Shown: positions 52,711 to 55,204 of the stretch, piece after piece
Layout of the letters: every line of letters begins with the position of its first letter
Position numbering within the stretch: position 1 is the first letter of the stretch
Assembly (NCBI GenBank): GCA_009602725.1
Contig: WELB01000006.1
Span: 1,012,140 to 1,067,343 of the forward strand
Direction: 5' to 3'
Source: Spirogloea muscicola
Lineage: Eukaryota
DNA: 55,204 bases
Position numbers and translations under genes: made by a program
The notes under the pieces: generated by a model
Seen by the model: only the letters and a program-made list of their open reading frames with translations
Databases searched by the model: none
What the model was told of the DNA's origin: nothing

Positions 52711-54945
52711 TCAGGAGCTGTGACTGCTGGTCTTGTCGCGGTGGAAGAGGTGAAGCGGCGAGCGGTGTGTGGGAGACTTGGCCGGCGGACCGAGGTCGCC
52801 GGCGCCTGTGGTGGGCGCGACGCTCGCGCCGGGGCTCCCAGCTTCGCCCTTGCGCCGGTGCACGGCGCCCGTGATGGTCCCGACGAACCCGCCTATCTTC
52901 TTGGCAGCCCCACCTTGGACGCCTTCTACGGCGGAGCCGCCGGGCGGGGCCACCTTGGCGCCCTCCTGCTTGGCCTTGATGGCCTCCTTCTCGTGTTGAA
53001 TGGCCGCCGCTTCCTCCTCCTGCGTGAACGCGTGGTACAGCAGCTGCGCCAGGCAGGCGGATCCAGAAGGACTCAGAGGCTTGCGGAAGGCACATCAATC
53101 TGGCAAGGCATTCGGCAATGCCACTTGCCTTGAGGGTTATGGTGCCGAGATCCTTGTGCTCCAGTCGATCATTGTCGAGCTCCCGGAGCAGCGGCATGGT
53201 GAGCTCCTGGGGCTCCTCTGGCGCGAGCTTGGCGACTTGCACGGCAGCGACTCCAAGGAGCGCATCGCCGCCAAGGAGGTCCTCGTCAAACACGCGCAGA
53301 ACGAGGCGCTGCGTCTCGTGGTCCTCAACGTTGAGCTCAAACGTCTCGTCCCACGTTGGGTGCAGCGAGTTGTTGATAGTGCGCGTGCGCACCTGGAACT
53401 TGGTGCGCACGAACAGGATGACAAGCGGGTCGGACTTGCCAATAAAGTCAGCGTTGCGCAGGCCCTTGGCGCCGACGACAGTGACTGTGAGGCATCCCTG
53501 CAGTCCGAGCTCAAGCGACTTGTAGTCGCCAGGTACAATGGGCGTGACGATGCGGTGCGGCCACACGAGCATGTCATTGACAGACCCCCAGATCAGGTCA
53601 TCAACCATGTTGCCGAGGCCAGGCACGGCCTTCACGCTGCCGCCCACAGCCTTGAGCGTGTACGAGATCACAGGCTTGGGTGTCGCCAGGATGGAGGACA
53701 CAACCGCTGCGATGCATGGCAGCGTCTCAGACAGCCGGAAGATGAGGCGCATTGTTGCGAAGAACTTGAGGTCCTTGAGCTGCACTTTGAGGGCGGCCAG
53801 CGCCAGCGTGCGGATTGCCAGCACGATGGACGGGTTGCCACCCCACTTGAAATCGACGTCCATCGTCACCAGTCCCTCCTTGGTCGTCAACCGCACACCT
53901 GCGCCCGCCGCCCATGCCCAGGTCATGGCTGCAGTCACCGCGAGCAACAGAGCAGGAGTGCAGCCTGCAGTCTTGCGCAACTGAAAGAATGCTTGTCAAG
54001 CCCGAGGGAGACAGACCTCCGATCTGGGGCGCCATGGTGCCGAGCGTCAACTTTGCAAACTTGAGCGAGGACACGCCAATCGGACGGTACTGAAGCAGCA
54101 TTGGTTCCACGACCGCTTTGATCAACTCCGATGCAGCCTGGCCAGAGCGCTCAGAGTAAGCATTACAACTTCGTCATGAACGATGGCATCCCTACCAGAT
54201 GCTCAGGAGGAGCAGCAGGCCTTCAGGTCCATCTTCCCAAGTGGGGTCCAAAGCAGCTGCCTTGAGACGCAGGCCCAGCCGCGGCACAGTGGCGGCGAGG
54301 TCGCTTGTCTCTAGGTGCAGCCTGCCCACATGCTGCACGAGCGGCCGCGAGCGCTCTCACCCTGTTGACGAACGGCCATATCTCCCGCAGCTCCACGTTG
54401 AGCCAGTTGACCTGAAAATGGCGGCCGGCCGCGCGGCAGAGGCCCTCGTGGTATCAGTGTCCCCCTCATCGCCCAACACGGGAATAATGCGGGTCCGTGC
54501 TATGTGGGCTTATGGCTGGCTGACCGGCCAGAAGTGCCAGAAGTGGAAGTGGGGGCAGCAGGGGAGGGAGAGACCCTCTCAAATTCCGGGAAGGTGATCC
54601 AGCTCGGCACGGCATCGCCGCACAGCGCCCTCAGCTGTATCGAGTCCATGGCCGCCAACGCCGCAAGATCCGCCGCCTGCTCCAGCACGCCGTAGGCGAA
54701 GCCCACGAGGCAGGTGTGAGGCTCGGCGCCGGGCCAGCTCGCGAGCTGGGCAGGCCAAGCATGCAAAGCCCCATTGCGCCTTGCTGGGCGTCGTAAGGGC
54801 TTAGCCGGCAGCGGCGCGGCTGCAGCGGCGGTCGACGCACCCTTGCGGCGCGCGCGGTGCCGCAGGCTTCCATGCGGAGCTTCCAGAGGAAGCAGAGGAG
54901 GATGCCAGCGACGATGCCGAAGAGAATCGCCGTGAAGAACGACAT
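52711..54945 (-). CDS. CLB1: Calcium-dependent lipid-binding protein CLB1/SYT7-like (TM + SMP + single C2 + coiled coil), 6 exons
   Basis: MSFFTAILFGIVAGI, PSWITFPEFER/VNWLN..IWPFV, LKFAKLTLGTMAP, DFKWGGNPSIVL, YTLKAVGGS, WPHRIV, DFIGKSDP, LLYHAFTQEEEAAAIQHEK. Confidence 0.9.
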
Positions 54946-55074
54946 GGCGGCGGCGGCGGCAGCGGCGGCGGCGGCGGCCGGCTACCCCGAGCACCGCCGC
55001 CAGGGCGGGGCGGCGGGCCAGCGGGCGGCCCACAGGGCGGCCATGCACGGCGGGCGGCGGTCGGTGTAGGAGGG

Positions 55075-55204
<130 letters not shown>

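Overview
Eukaryotic, GC-rich, intron-containing nuclear DNA with six N-gaps. The gene set is plant-type and includes a Kir channel, which points to a streptophyte alga or close relative (inference). About 14 genes can be spliced by eye: DUF3419/BtaA-like transferase, APE1L, an unknown gene, two pectate lyase paralogs (one pseudogenised), TL15 pentapeptide protein, A1 aspartic protease, HAD phosphatase, RRM+SPOC protein, Kir channel with a non-canonical filter, PIMT, an orphan zinc-ribbon/possibly MADS-like protein, and convergent SYT5-like and CLB1-like synaptotagmins. Intergenic space holds dozens of 5'-truncated pieces of one RLE-type (CRE-like) non-LTR retrotransposon family. These pieces nest in each other, form tandem and fold-back arrays and share a conserved 3'-UTR hairpin. 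Family assignments come from motif recognition, not database searches, and internal boundaries are approximate.
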